A stretch of DNA of 62,983 bases, filler included, from Halocafeteria seosinensis (Eukaryota): NCBI GenBank assembly GCA_001687465.1. It is 9 parts of 9 records of this genome, joined end to end, with 100 filler letters (N's around TTAATTAATTAA, not from the genome) between each part and the next. Parts side by side here need not be neighbours in the genome. Positions count along the whole stretch, not along the records: positions 4,627 to 29,561 come from LVLI01000034.1; 8 more parts are not named here. One strand, written 5' to 3'. The notes beneath the pieces were generated by a model that was not told where the DNA came from, made no database searches, and saw only the letters and a list, made by a program, of their open reading frames with translations. The translations under genes and the position numbers were made by a program. Positions 13,149 through 27,435 of this stretch are shown here, piece after piece. The stretch's first letter is position 1, and each line of letters begins with the position of its first letter.

Positions 13149-13928
13149 TACTACACTGTATTACCTTTGCTTGGTCCTCCATATTAGAGGCTATACCGAA
13201 CGCCACAAGGTTAGGTTCCACCAAATATGCATTGTAACTGCAGATAGAGGCGGGGGAAAACGGGAGGTGGATTACTCCTGTAGATGTTAGCATAGCAGGA
13301 TGACGAAATGGTGGATGATTTTTGAATTCTGTGAGTCTAACCATAATTCGGAGGCTGGAATCCCAAGCTGCTACGAGTAGCGTACTACGTGGTAGTACAA
13401 TTGTAGGCAGAGGAATGACAACCAACAAGACTCGGCCCCATTAGGTTGACGATGGATATACCATTCTAAGTTTGTGTGAGCAAGTAGAATTCATTGAAAA
13501 TGTCAGACACAGAATGATGCATTGAACTCGGCTGTGTACAACCCAGAGTATTCGAAATTCCAATCGCCCGTTGTTGCCCAACTTGCTGGCGCTGTCCTTC
13601 AACTACGAGCCACGACCCCCACGAAGCCTTGATGAAGGATTGGTCCATTATGGATAGCGACGACTTTTTTGATTCGTCATGATAGGGAAGGTATATACTA
13701 TACGATCGACGGCATTGAAGCACTGAACGTCTGGTGGTCTCTGTCGGGTATCCAGCTTGAGCAAGTGGCTGTTGAACGCGCCTTAACCGATTCGTTGCTG
13801 CACGATTGCCCTCTTTGACAGGTAAGGCGGTCTTTCCTTCGTTTTCTGTACGCCCACTGGGTTGAATGAATAGCCATGGATGTAATGGGTATGCAGGGAG
13901 ACAACAGGACAAGCACAGAGAGGGAACG

Positions 13929-14190
13929 ATGGAGGTGGAACCATTATACTGTGCAGAGCAAATTCATGTGCCTGAAGAATTACCGGAAATACTCAAGAAT
14001 TGGACCAAAACAGTGATTCGAGAACAACCAGAAGATCTCGTTTCATTTTCTGCAGAGTAAGGACAGCTACAAATGTGCTTACTGGATGGGGGTAAATGAT
14101 CTCACGGCGTTGTGACGTTTTTGCAGGTATTTCACTAAGCTAGCCGAAGCCAAAGAGAAAGGTGACAACGCCGAGCCTGTACAAGAGTAA
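13929..14190 (+). CDS. small RIIa dimerization/docking-domain protein (ropporin/RSP11-like)
   Basis: EQIHVPEELPEILKNWTKTVIREQPEDLVSFSAEYF after splicing intron 14057-14126. Confidence 0.85.
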
Positions 14191-14379
14191 AACGATAAAT
14201 GGAGGCTCAGACTTTTTTATTTCTCAATATGGCACAAACAGGGGTATCTACGGCAGATGTAGAACGTGATTTCGTACTATCGCACGGTACCCAAGTATAG
14301 TATTATTCTAATCAACACAAATTGGCTCCTGAGAAACATCGAGTACTTCTGAAGAAATACTCCTTGTATAATATAAATT

Positions 14380-15694
14380 TTACTGTGTGGAACAAGAGTC
14401 ATGCTCTGTAACTGCTGATAAAATTGTTTGATGAAGCTCGGGAGATTTGAAGCAGGCTGAGCCACCACCACGATGGTACTGTGAGGTCATTCGGTTAATA
14501 TCTCCGATGCATACGTAGCTAGATTTCAAGCTCACAGCCCATTTAGAATGATCTTGCGTTTCCTTGTAGCTTTGGTCCAAAATCTTAAGGTATTCGACAT
14601 CCACAACAGTATACTGATATTGAGGAGTGCAGGCAGGACCTATTTCGTAACCCCGGATCCAAGACTCTACATACAGACTCTGTTGCAGCGTTGGCGCGAT
14701 TAAGCTGTCGTAAAGGTCCTTCCCCTGTAAGATTACGAGTGTGAGACGTGGTATAAGTTGCTTCAATAAGAGGCAGAGGTAACGCTACAGCTTATTCGTA
14801 CCCAATCAGCATTCTTCCCAAAGATCTTAAATGTGGTATCCCCGCTCGAAAACTCATGCATCGTGAAACCTGCATTTGAAATATGATCTCCACTAACAGC
14901 TCCCTTGAGCTTCTGTAGACCGTTCCAGGCTTCACTAGTAAGGTGAGAATGGTAAATGTTGGGTCTATTATACTGCAATATTCCTCCGACACTGCAAATA
15001 AGAGGAGGAAACGAAATAGCTCGAGCGATTCATGGTCACGCACGTCCTCTGGATGCTTACTTATTAAAATCCTCAAATTCCAAATTTATGCATAAAAACG
15101 ATTGCCCGTAAATGATTTCGTTCTCGGGGAATCCCTTGTAACGATTCCACTCATCAGACAGTGGCCAATTCGGCACTGAATGTATCTGTAAGTACGCACG
15201 TGGTTGGTAGAATTAATAAGTAGGTGAAAAGCGCTAGCAAGCGCGAAAATAGGGATACGTACCATCCAAAATCCCCCGGCAGAGTTGAACGCCATGAATC
15301 CTTTGGTGTGTCCGTAGATGCTGGACCCTGAGTCTCCCGGTTGGTCGTTGTATGCAATGTAGCTAACTTCGTTCGAGTCCACGCCGAAGAATTGTGCCGT
15401 AGTGGAGCTGACGGCGCCTTTGGACGAACTGTTGAGCGTGTCCTGTGACATGTGGAGTCCCTTGCCGGGTTCATACGCGGCGTACTGGTACCCGTTGGGG
15501 AACTTGAAGGCGGCGAACCAATCCACTGCGTTTCCGCTGTCCCCGCGGCACCGCAGAGGGACAACAGATGCTTTGTCCCCTCGTAACAATTGATTGGCCC
15601 GTCCTTCTTTGGCCTCACTCCCAGTGGCGAGAGCCACCAGCACAAATGTACAGGTGAGGGCGGTGTGTAGACACCTCTGTGGCGTGGAAAACAT
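14380..15694 (-). CDS. DNASE2: deoxyribonuclease II; multi-exon
   Basis: signal peptide, C.G..G..VDWF...KFP, YNDQP, GHTKG, DHSKW and VCIGDINRM.SQ..RGGG motifs. Confidence 0.93.
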
Positions 15695-16649
15695 CGTTAT
15701 ACTGAGTTTCCCGTTAGGGTGTCTCTCTCCCCCTTTCGTTGCCCCCAGTGATGCGGACTTTGGTGAGGAGCCTGTTACAACACCCACTGCTGCCGTACTA
15801 CAAGTGCAAGATCTATGATGATTACACTGTATCAATCCCGTCTATATCAACATCAGTAGATAGAACACAGTATGCATGCGTCAGTGCCAGTGACAGCTGT
15901 TCGTTTCTTTCCTCCTTCACACAGGCTGGTGGAAGGTTCCGCACGCACTTTAAGTTACCAGAACTTGCCGGTGTGGCACTAAAAAACCGCATTCGGATGG
16001 GTTCCTGCGAAATTTCCTTAAATTCTTTCTTGTATAGTCTGATCCATCCCGTATGCGCATAGTAGCTCAGAAGAGACATAGAGAATGGAGTACGAGATCA
16101 TAATTGGAATTAGCAAGCCAGGTATGGAGTATGAGGAAGGCAAGCATACCAAAGGGGCAGCCCTTGCACTCTTCCTATGGGGTCGTGTTTTGCCTGGGCA
16201 GTAGGGGGAAGAAAGGAAATGAAACTAGAAGTTTCGATTCTTATTCGCACGATTTTTCGGAGTGAAACTGTATGGACGCTACGGGTATGTGGACTTCGAA
16301 GGTAAATTCTAAGTATTAGTTTCCAGATCGAAGGGATAGAGACCGTCCTTATAACTGATGACGCTGCTGGCGCTGGCACTAAGCTAGCCCTACTCTGGAA
16401 TACCACTAAGCCCTACACGTTGTTTCTTACATTTCCGACCATCACTCCACTTGATGACTCTTCGCCGTTGGTCCAAGAACTAACTTGGGCAATAGTGTGA
16501 TGTACTGGTATCTTCTTTCACTATGGCAATGCCACTGAGGGCCGCATACCCCAGTACAAAGATCAGGCCTGGATGAGCATGCTTACTTCTACAAAATAAG
16601 CTTTAGTGTGGCGACATCTTTATGTAAGATGCCTTCTCTCGACTTCAAC

Positions 16650-18674
16650 TCAACCTTTAGGCGCAGTCCACGACAGGATTTTACAAGCTTTACTTGATTT
16701 CTGCAACTCCAGTAGCTTCCCGTGGATAGCTTCGCGGGCTTCATTGATTTTGTGGGCGTCTCGTCCAGTGACAGTAATTCGGACCTGAGGTGCAGCCTTA
16801 CCTTCGCCGAAAAAATCATTGTCCACAGGATAGCTACCAATTTTCACCCTATGGTGGTTTTTTTGACAGGCTTCCAGAATACGTGCAATTGAAGACTCCG
16901 ACGCTTCCACGAAGATTTCTGACGCTTCGACTTTCGGAAACTGAAACAAACTCGAGCGAAAACGATCAACAATCTGGTCAATCTTTTTGGCAAACAGACT
17001 GGGCACTCCTGGCAATATGAAAACATTTTCAAGCAGCAAAATTGGAAAACCATACTGGTTACACAGTTCAGAACATTTCGTGGGATCTTCTTCCCAAATG
17101 CGTGGAAGCCGACGAAGGAGTGCTTCATCTTCTTCCGACGTTGCTCCGGGAAACAAGAGGTTTACACCTTCAGGTAGGTCTGCGAGAGGTAGAGACTGGG
17201 GGTTTGCATCCTCTACACCGGTGCGATAGTAGGAGTACCCACGCAAGAAAGCCTGTATCATCGTCGTCGTACGTGTTAGCGACCGAGAAAGACAAGTGTA
17301 CCAATGATTACACGCACCTCCATTATTCCGTTGCGTTCAATTTTCCTATTAAACGCCGAGGCCAAAGCTCTCATAGTAACGTCATCATGGGTAGGTCCTA
17401 TACCCCCTGCAGTGACGACAATGTCATGTGCGGCGGCACTGTTTTGTACTTCAGCGGCAATTTCTCCGACGCTATCTTCAATTGTGACTGCGCGCTTGAC
17501 GTCCACTCCATTGTCCGTAAACTTTCGTATTGCATGGGGTGAGTTTACGTCTTCAACAGACCCATTCAGCACTTCATCGCCTGTGGTTGGCGTGAGAAGG
17601 AGTTGTAGAGCCTCAAGTGGACAATCTGGACAAGGACTGCAGCCTTACCGATGATGGCTAGCGCAGCCGTAGGTGTTTCTTTAGGGGAGTCGGTGTGATT
17701 CCGAGAGAATCCTTCTCCTAATGAAGAGTTAAGCCCCTCCCCAAATCCGTAGTCCCGTGTTTGCTCACCATCTCTTCCCGCACGTTCTAACACTGCCGAC
17801 TGTAGCTTCCAGGCCGGCTGATATGCCTCGGAGCCATTCTCTGTCTTCAGGTACGGATTTGGGAAACAGTCATGAATAGAGCCTAGTGACGTGTACCCAT
17901 GGTCGTATAGTTTACAGTAATCGAATCCACATCCGATCAAAAAGGACCAAACCTGATAAATACATGTGGATGAACCTGGCACTCAAATTGCTGAGCAACA
18001 ACGCAACTTACTTCCTGATAGGACCATCTGATGATGGGATTTATCCTCATCACAGGGGGCCAATCCGTCGTTGTAGGGGTAAAGTAGTCCTGATCCCCTG
18101 TTCAAATGGGTACAAAGAAAACGGCAGCTCCTTAGTTCACACTGGAAGCTCGAGAATGGTCAAGGTGACGCACCTGCGTTGGGATCGGAGTATCTTGTCC
18201 CTATGAAAATCGCTCTGATGCCTTTCTCGTCAACTAACTGCTGAATACCGTCCTGGAACTGCCCCAAATGCGACAAGTTCATGGAGTACCTGCAGGATTC
18301 TATTCTCAGGTAACATCATCGAGACGGAAAAAAACAAACCAAGGGAAAAGACCGTACTTGTTGCTCTCTTCCTTTAAAAAATCCAAGACTTCCGGAAATT
18401 CCCCGTCATTATGGAAGTAAACGTGTTGCATTTGATGGAATTCCATGTCCGTATGAGGTCGTTCCGCCGCCACAGCTCGGAGCAGATGCAGTAATACAGT
18501 GCTATCTTTGCCGCCATTGAAGCTGAAGCACAGCTCCTGTGGTTTATAGACGTGGAATGCCCCCCGAATCACTTGCAAGGCTTGCTCCACGGCTCTAAAC
18601 ATGGCTGAATCCTGGGTTTGAATGCGTTCCTGGAAGGCACGAATCGCGTTCAGAGCTTCCTTGGAGCCTGCCAT
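16650..18674 (-). CDS. FLAD1: FAD synthase (N-terminal PAPS-reductase domain plus C-terminal molybdopterin-binding/CinA-like domain); multi-exon
   Basis: SFNGGKDSTV, YCKLYDHGYTSLG, ERAGR, AGGIGPTHDDVT and FILPGVP motifs. Confidence 0.9.
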
Positions 18675-19221
18675 TCTGTTCCTCTGTGTGCGTGTGTGCC
18701 TATCAATTCAACCACTATCTAGAAGACCACTACCAGTTCCTTACAAAGATGCATACAACCTCAGGGAAGCGCCTTCGACTGACCTCTGACGTCATAAAAG
18801 GTGTGAAAGAAAAGATTGCAGTGTAAATCAGAATAAAAAATATCCCGCTACTCGCTGCTGCTTGGACATCATTTACTAGTACAAAGTAGTACCGTAAGTT
18901 ACACCAATAATAATGTCAACTGTCACCGTTTAGTGCCTCAGTTCATATTTCTGGACTCACTTTTTGGTATCATCAGCAGTTGTGGTTTCGGGACCTGATT
19001 TGTTTGACCGAAAGCTTCTGACGGAGTTTATCGGAACTTCATCCCAGGTTTGAGTGCGTAACGAGACACAGTTATCGCTGTTAGAAATATCGAAAGTCGA
19101 AACTTTGAATGAAGAGGATGAGCAGACGTGTGAGCCGGTCGGATACAATGCTAAGTAAGTTGTACAACTGCTGGACGAATAAGATGTTCCGTGGAACAGG
19201 ACGATTCTCCGTTCGACTACA

Positions 19222-20029
19222 ATGTTTACCCGTTTCTATACCTTGTGTGTGGCAGTATGTGTTTTCACTGGGATAATTGCGCTTGTTTTCAGCATTGCCG
19301 CTATAACGAACCGTCACTGGGCACACATAGCTGGCTGGAGTCACCAAGGGCTATGGGAAGAGTGTGGAGTTGTAGGTTGCTCAACGCGTAAGCTCCGACC
19401 CACACCCACTACAATATTGAGGGAGTACACTAACGCGACATGGATTCCCATTGTTATTCTAAGTGCAGTAAAAGGATCTGACTCCTCTGCTCCCTATCTG
19501 ACGTTGACAAGAATATTCATTACATTAGGGGCATTTGCGTCTGTGGCCATCCTTGCTACGTCAAGCGTTGGAAAATTTCTCAAGAGAAGTGCGCACCCTT
19601 GGCCTCAGCTCACATTCTTTGCAGTATTGTCATACTGTGAGTATTTATGGATACGAAGTAATTCAGCTTCGGTCTGGTTCATCCATCTGCACTTTTTACT
19701 TATTTTTCCTCCCCGACGCAGTTTGCTTTAATTTTGTCGGAATGATCGCTTTCCAACGCTACCTTGCCTTAGACTCACCGGGATGGCTGTACGTTGACGC
19801 AGGTGAGGTCATTCCTCCTCTATTTCCACCATCTGGCCTGGAGATAAGTCTTTTGTACTTCTTTTGGTCCGCAGGTATTACACCTGCCATCCTGGGAATC
19901 GCGCTCTCGTGTGCAACGGCGTGCTTGCTCCTCTGGAAATTTCGGGTTTCAGGAGTTTGTGGCAATGGAGCACCAACAGAGGATAGCGTCCTCTTGGACG
20001 AACAAGAACTTAACGAGGAGCAAGTCTAA
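19222..20029 (+). CDS. claudin/PMP22-like multi-pass membrane protein; multi-exon
   Basis: hydrophobic helices plus W...GLWEECGVVGC claudin-type signature. Confidence 0.65.
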
Positions 20030-20329
20030 CAGGAAAGCTCGGATCGCCTTTCACAGAACCCAAGGGCAAGACGATGTACACTTCCGCATTGTGGGGAACA
20101 CCAATTTCATGATATTTAAGTCTTGCACACTCGATTCTCCACCTTCTCTAGTTTGAGTTTCGTCGCTTTACGGGCACAGCGTAGATCCCTGGCGAGGTGG
20201 TACTGGGGTGACAATGTGTATTAGTATTGCTGCTACCACCGGAACCGGAACCGTCACGTGACAGCATCGTTTGCCAACCTTTTCGAAGGTGCGATGTGTC
20301 GACTCCCAAACCAAGCATGGTGGTGCTAC

Positions 20330-21617
20330 ACCAAATGTAACACCGACGGTGTTACACCGTGGTCCATGGTAGTCGTTAGAGTTCACAGTTCAGCTACATG
20401 TAATTTAGAGACGTTCAACGGTTCAACTGCCGAAACATTCCAAGCAAGTCATCAACACATGATAGTTTGCAATTTGGCATTGTTACATCGGGTTGGGAAC
20501 CAAACCTTGGCAGCGTCGCGCCGTTGTGCGATGCGCCCACACTTCTACGATGAATTACCATTTCTATTGCAGAGTAATCACTCTCACCGAAATGGGAAGC
20601 CCAGATGTTTTGGAGGTCACTCCAAGTTGAACGAGCTGGAGTCTTCCTCCCCTGCGGAAGCGGATTATGGTAACTCGCATTATCCAGAACCAAGAACACT
20701 TTTCGATCGGGATAAAGCTCATTCATTACAGATATGAAACAATAGGAAAACCACGTAATATAAATTTCTCCCTCCATTGTCGTTTTGTAGCTTCCAGAGG
20801 TAGAATTCAGTTTCGAAGAAGTATTCACACGAGAGCGGCGACTCTGGAGGGTCGTTTAAAGATGTGGAGGATCTTTCCCCGGTATCTTCCTCATTCACGT
20901 AAAAGGGACCTAATCTCGAATCGAAGGCATGTACCATTGCTATTTTGCTGCCAAGACTTCCCCCAAGACCTGGCGAGCTTGCTCTGCACCATGTCTTCAA
21001 TTTTGTTGTTCACATACAGAAAGCCCTCATCGGAATTCCCGACAGCACACTCGTTCTTGAAGCTCCTCGTAAACCGTTGACTAACTTAACCGTGAAGTTT
21101 TTCATTCGCTGCCGCAGATAAGTAGTCCATGGACCCAGGGGATCGGGGGGTCCGAGGTACTCGGTAGTGGAACCCAAGGGACTTTAGGAGTCCTGTAACA
21201 TTTTGCAAGGTGATTGTGTCACCCGGAAAATGAGTTTGAAGCTGCGATAGAATTCTTTGCTTCGTAACATGTCCGTTTTTCGCGTTGTAGTAGTCGATGA
21301 TGTACCTGATCTTCATGTTTGGAGAGGTCTTTTGTCTTTACGAGGGCGGCCTCCCGTGTACTGCTAGCGTACATCTCTCCCGTTTGTTGAAAATATTCGA
21401 GCACTCTCTTCACAGAGCGCACCGAGAGATCCACTATATCTCCAACCCGTGAATACACTCCCCATATTCCCTGTGGTGATGCTTTAGAAATAAAATGAGC
21501 CATCCTAAGTGGCCACTCTTCAAGTTCCAGCTGCGGGATTCCTGTGATATCCTTCACCAGCTTCACAGAATCATTTATTGGCATACCAGGTATGTTGTGT
21601 TTGTGGAATTCACCCAT
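20330..21617 (-). pseudogene. degenerate Tc1/mariner-IS630-like DDE transposase
   Basis: HTH-like N-terminus, SDEGF (first D), FLVLDNASYH (second D), with stops and frameshifts. Confidence 0.7.
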
Positions 21618-22011
21618 TACATCGTCTGGATATGCAAATATGGGTCTTTAGAGCAGGATAAAAAAATGCCGTCCACGACCTAGGTGCAAACAAGGGTGAT
21701 AAAGGTGACGGTGACCTGCACTAGTCAGCAAGGCCGCATTATGCCCTTGTCGGCTGCGATGGCACTACACTACGGTTGCTACTGAACAATGTAAAACTTA
21801 CATGTGGTATACAGGGTTTTATTGGCAGGCCCTCTACTGTGACGCATACACCTGCAGGGAAGAGCTTCGACTGACCATAAGGGAAGGAGTGAACGAAACG
21901 ATTGTCGTTTCACTCATCAAGGTCGATTATACACAAGTTTGAGGCCTATTTTTGCGTGTTTGTGTCTATTTATTAGCCTTAATTGAACATGAATTCGAAA
22001 GGATAAGAAAA

Positions 22012-22649
22012 ATGTCAAAGGACTTTGAGTACCGAGGGTTTGATGTGGCCATACCGCCCAGTGTGGAGCAGAACCCCGAGTGGAATCTGGATTATTTAGA
22101 GTCCTTACAGACGGAATTGGACAACAGATTGTATCATTTAGTACGTGCGCATAGCTTCATTCAATAGCTGTGGGGAGGGAGCGACAATTATGATGACGAT
22201 CTGGATGCAGAAGAGGTCTCAGAGTGAACTGGAGGAAGCATTACAACAGGACCCCGATGATGAAGATTTCAAAGAAGCCCATGAAGAGAATAGGGTACGC
22301 TCGCTACGTTGTTGGTGCACCTCCCGTACGCAATGATACACTACTATGGAGCCCGTTGTTAATCGTGCAGAGTGTGATTGAACGAACAGAGAAGCGCCTG
22401 AAAGAGGTTGCAGAGAGTATTGCAAGGATTAAGTATGTAGATGACAGTGGGTACTGGACGAACGAAACATTTAGCACTCCTAACAAACGGCCTCCTGAGT
22501 ACTCTGCTGAGATGGCGGGTAATATATCGAATAACGTTACACTACCGAGCTCCATTACACAAGCCGCCGAAAGCAATCCAGGAGAGTCCAAAGACAATGA
22601 TAGGAGCGACGATAAAGAAGAAACAAAGGATGGAAGTCTAGAACTATAG
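22012..22649 (+). CDS. hypothetical acidic coiled-coil protein; two introns
   Basis: spliced frame MSKDFEY...LYHL/RSQSELEEALQQDPDDEDFKEAHEENR/VIERTEKRL with GT-AG boundaries. Confidence 0.6.
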
Positions 22650-22823
22650 CGCACCATATCTTATGGAGGAACAATTCGTAATAAAGAGCAGGCTGAATAA
22701 TGTTAATGTCTACACCTCGTTTGCTTGACACCCGTGAGGAAGAAGAGCTATCTAAAGCGCTTCTACGCGGAAAGAGGGCTATCTAGTCGTACATACAGTC
22801 CAGTCCAGAGCAGAAGTCATATT

Positions 22824-23724
22824 TTACAAAACACTGCATATTTTATCTTTCTTTTCATTCTTTGGTTTTAATAGCCCACTCTCTTTCTCTATTTCCTGTA
22901 GTAGTGTTACAAATATCTGCAGTATAGGACACAAAAGGAAATGGTGCCAGATAACTGACTGACTGCAAATCCAGCTCTGATTTTCGTTAGTCTCACCTGT
23001 TCAATGTTATCAGCGTTCCGAGCCGAGGTTTCCATGAATGGATACTTCCATTTTTTTGCAAGCTCACAACCCTGCTCGTAACTAACGCGTCGCTTATCCA
23101 TGTCATTTTTGTTGGCTACTAAAACGGCTGGAACACTCTCGGCTCCAATTCGCTCTATAAGCGATTCCCGTATATGTTGTACCTGGAGGTGTATATCGAC
23201 GTAGTAGTGCGTGTGTGTCCATGAGTGCGAACGCGACGTCACCTTTATCAACCAACATACTTTATCGAAGCTTGGCTTGGACGTAACGTCGTAGACAAGC
23301 AGATACCCATGAATTCCAACCGAAGCTTCACTCGGAATTCGCGTGAACTCATCCTGCACCATGGAAGTTTTGTCGTCAATAATTACAAACCATTGTGAAA
23401 GCACCAGTCCACCTTACCTGTCCCGCGGTATCCACAAGCTCGAGGTCGAATTGGACGTTTTGCACCTGAAACGTAGTATGGTAGGTCGATATGATAGTCG
23501 GCGCATACGCCGTCTCAAAATTATCCTCGGCCAATCTACGAGCAATGGACGTTTTTCCTGCAATGTCATACGAGTCCATCACTAAAACAGCATTGTGAAC
23601 CAAATACATTTCTTTCTTTCACCCTACCAACTCCTCTAAAGCCCAAGAGCGCAATCTTCCGAAGCACACGGTGTCCAGCAGAGCCTCCTCCACTTCCTCT
23701 GGAAGGAGAGGTGCCTTGCTGCAT
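22824..23724 (-). CDS. RHEB: Rheb-like small GTPase; multi-exon
   Basis: RKIALLGFRGVGKT (Rheb-type Arg in G1), YAPTI, DTAGQDEF, NKND, ETSAR and C-terminal CAAX CSVL. Confidence 0.85.
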
Positions 23725-24167
23725 CGTCTCCTTTCGGTGTGTGTGTGTGTGTGTGTGTGATGTATAGGACAGTGAGAAGACACAGCTGGCGCGGGTGTTC
23801 TACAAAACCTCGTCTTCAGCCGTGCTTTCCTCCAATACCGCAAGAAGGAAGAGGTACAGCTCTGCCGTATACCACACACCTACCTAGCACCAATGATACT
23901 ATTCTAAACGTACGGGTGCTGTATACGCCGATGGATCCAGGTCCTATCCAGGATCCGAAAGCAAGCAATCATTTATTCCACTTACAACTTCAACTTCAAT
24001 GTCCCTGTGGATAAAAGTGACACATGGTCCATGGATGATGATGGGAGGCTATTACAATTGTACCAGCCTAGTTGGCAGATTTTTTTTGAGGGTAAGGACA
24101 CTCGAATTGAACAGAGAGAAGTGCTCCCTAGGGAAAGAGAGGTTATTGGTTGTTTGAAAAGCTGAAA

Positions 24168-27100
24168 ATGCCTCGTAAGAAGGGGAAGAAGAAAGGCAAG
24201 GAGGAGGAAGATGACGATGATTTCGATCCTAAAAAGGGCGCGGATGGAGCAGGTGCTGGTGCCACTGCTCCTAGTGCTGCTGACGGTGGCTCGAAGAAAA
24301 AGAAAGGCAAAAAAGGAGGAGGGGCAGCAGCTCCTGCAGCAGCTTCTTCCGGAGGAGGAGATCAAGAAGACATGATGGCAGGTTTGTCTAAGAAAGAACG
24401 GCGTAAAATGAAGGAAAAGATGGAGCTTGAAATGCAAATGGCGCAAGCGTCCATTTCTGATAGCGAGGAGGAAGAGGAGAGTGATCAGGATGAAGAGGCC
24501 GATGCTCGTGTGGCAGTGGATAGCCCAAACACCAACGTCGATGAGGAGGATGATGATGACGCTACCAGTGGTAAGAAGAAAAAGAAGGGTAAAAATAATG
24601 CAGGAAGGAAAGGGGACAAGTCCAATAAGCAAAAAGGTGGCAAGAAGGGTGGCGGAACTGCCTCTGATGAGAGCTCCGACGATGAAGAGGATGGAGAATT
24701 CGGCCATTCTGGTGAGGACGAGAACCAGGGCGATAAAGCAAAGGCAAGTGTAGGCACACGAGGTGGAAGCACCAAGAGCGGGGAAGTCGAGCCGGATACA
24801 CTAAGTACCACTGCAAGTGAACCGTCGTCGAACGTGTCCGCAGCAGGGGGTGCAGCTATGGGCTCAGGTGGTAAGTTGTGAAAACGGAGAAGAATCCTAT
24901 TTTTCGTCGACGAAACAATAACAAATGCCAAATCCTGCTAATGCAGAGGTGACGCTTGGTGCGGCCAAACAAGACCAAGAGTTGAAGAAAGCTTTGCAAA
25001 AACGAGAAGAAGGGAAAAAATTAAGCAACCGCGAAAAGAAGGTGGTGGCGAAATACGACGAAGATCAGAAGGAAGCCGCGTCTAAAGCTGCTGCAAGAGC
25101 TTCAGATAAGTTTGGTCTAGAGCATTTCTCTGTATCGCAAGCAGGGAAAGGACCGGATGCCCAGGATGCTGCTGAGCAAAATGCAAAGGACGTAATTGTC
25201 AACGACTTTACCGTGACCGCCTATAAGAAAGAGCTGTTTGTTAACGCAAAACTTCATATCGTTCATGGCAGGAGATACGGACTAGTGGGTCCGAACGGTC
25301 AAGGGAAGAGTACTTTACTGAAAGCAATGGGTGCGAGGCAGTTGGCTATACCTGACAATATTGACGTTTTGTATGTTGAACAAGAAGTTATGGGTGATGA
25401 TACACGAGCTGTTGAGGCTGTGCTTAGCGCCGATGAGAAGCGTTCTCAGCTCTTGAAGGAAGAGAAAGAGATTGATGAGAAATTGGATAAATCGCTGGAG
25501 GATGACTCACTGTCAGAGGATGAAGTAGATAAACTGCAAACACGGTTGAATGAAATATATGAAGAAATGGCCCAGCATAATACGGAGAATGCCGAACCTA
25601 AGGCGCGGAAGATCTTGGCAGGTCTCGGTTTTACTGAAGAAATGCAGGAAAGGCCTACTAAACATTTTTCGGGAGGATGGAGAATGCGGATTAGTTTAGC
25701 ACGTGCGTTGTTTCTCGAACCGACTTTACTGCTGTTGGATGAGCCCACGAATCACCTTGTAAGTTCGACCTAACGTATTGTATGTATCGTTGACAATATA
25801 TGGTGTATAAGTTCTGACGATATCATACAGGACCTAAACGCCGTATTGTGGCTGGATGACTACCTGAGAAGATGGAAGAACACGCTGCTAGTAGTTAGTC
25901 ACGACCAAGATTTTTTATCGAGCGTAGTGACAGATATTATCCATTTGGAAAACAAGCAACTAAACTATTACCGCGGGGACTATGAGAGTTTCAAGGCGCA
26001 GCATAAACTTGATTTGGAGAAGCGTCAAAAAGAGTACGAGAAACAGCAAAAGCAGCTGCGTTCTCTTAAACAGAAAGGTTACTCCAAGAAAGAAGCTGAA
26101 GAGAAGGCTAAGAAAGTGGTTGCGGCTCCACAAGGGAAAAAGAAAGGGCAGGAGGAAGTCGCATCGGCAGATGATGTGGCCAACAGACAACTCTTGTCTA
26201 AAGTGCGGGAGTACACCGTTCGGTTTGACTTTGATGAAGTTCCCGAACTCGCTCCACCGATTATTGAGGTATGTAACAGGGCTCTCACGAAAAATGCTGG
26301 ATACATTTGTACATGAGTGTCTGGATCTCAGGTACGCGACGCTTCGTTTAGGTATGGTCCTCAGCACCCGCTGTTGTTTAACAATATCAGCTTCGGCATC
26401 GATCAAACGTCGAGGATATCTATTGTCGGCCCTAATGGCGTCGGCAAGTCCACTTTAATACGGCTGTTAACAGGTACGCAGCGAGTATCATATTGCTCCA
26501 GGGTGTTAACCAGGCTGACCGCTATGATGTTTTGTTTTTATTGCAGGAGACTTGGAACCTACAGAAGGGGAGATCATCCGGAACCGCTTCCTTAGGATAG
26601 GAGTGTACAGTCAGCATTTTGTAGATATTCTTCCAATGGACAAATCACCGGTGGAATTCTTGCAGTCGAAATACGGTGATTTAAAATACCAAGATGGTAA
26701 GATAATGATCCTTTGTCAGTGTGTATTAGTGTTGTCTAACGTGTCTGATTGAATGCAGCGCGGAACCTCTTAGGTCGTTTTGGTTTAGAAGGCCATGCGC
26801 ACACGATTTCCATAGCTGATCTTTCTGGAGGTCAAAAATCTCGGGTTGTCTTTGCTAATTTGAACTTATTGCAACCCCACCTGCTCTTCTTAGATGAACC
26901 TACTAACCACTTGGATATAGAATCCATTGATGCGCTGGCAGACGCCCTCACTCGATATAATGGAGGCGTTGTTCTTGTCAGCCATGATGCTAGATTGATT
27001 CAAGCTGCGAATTGCATCCTCTGGGTTTGCGATAAGCAAACTGTTACTGAATGGGATGGTGATTTTGACGACTACCGGGATTCCTTGATGAAGGACATTT

Positions 27101-27435
27101 TCGAGCAAGAAAAGCGCCTTGAATCGGAAGCGGAGAAGAGAGCTGAAGAACGAATGGAGCGAGCCAAACAGAGACATGCTAAAATCCAGGAAGCACGAAA
27201 GCAATCTGGAAAGGCATTGTTGAGTGATTTGAAACTACCTAGCGGGAGTATTGAGCGTTCGGAAGAGCGGCAGTCCTCCGCATCCAAGGGGGCATTACAT
27301 CACTCTGAGGCCGGTGCGGAGGATAATTCGAAAAAGAAGCAAGTCTTGAAAGACTTTTTCAAAGCACCGAAACGTTCCAAAAAGAAGGAAAAGAAAACAT
27401 CGAAGAAGGGTAAGGAGGAAAAGAGTACTGAGTAA
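24168..27435 (+). CDS. ABCF1: ABC-F family ATPase with long charged N-terminus (ABCF1-like); multi-exon
   Basis: two ABC domains ([26 protein letters not shown] and [26 protein letters not shown]), no membrane domain. Confidence 0.9.

Noticed and set aside
20330..21617. Fanzor/TnpB nuclease associated with the Tc1-like or other transposons
   Set aside because: No RuvC-like or zinc-ribbon motif set recognised next to this or any other element in the window.
23982..24931. Long antisense ORFs over the ABCF1 N-terminus
   Set aside because: Shadow frames of low-complexity Lys/Glu/Asp-rich coding sequence.
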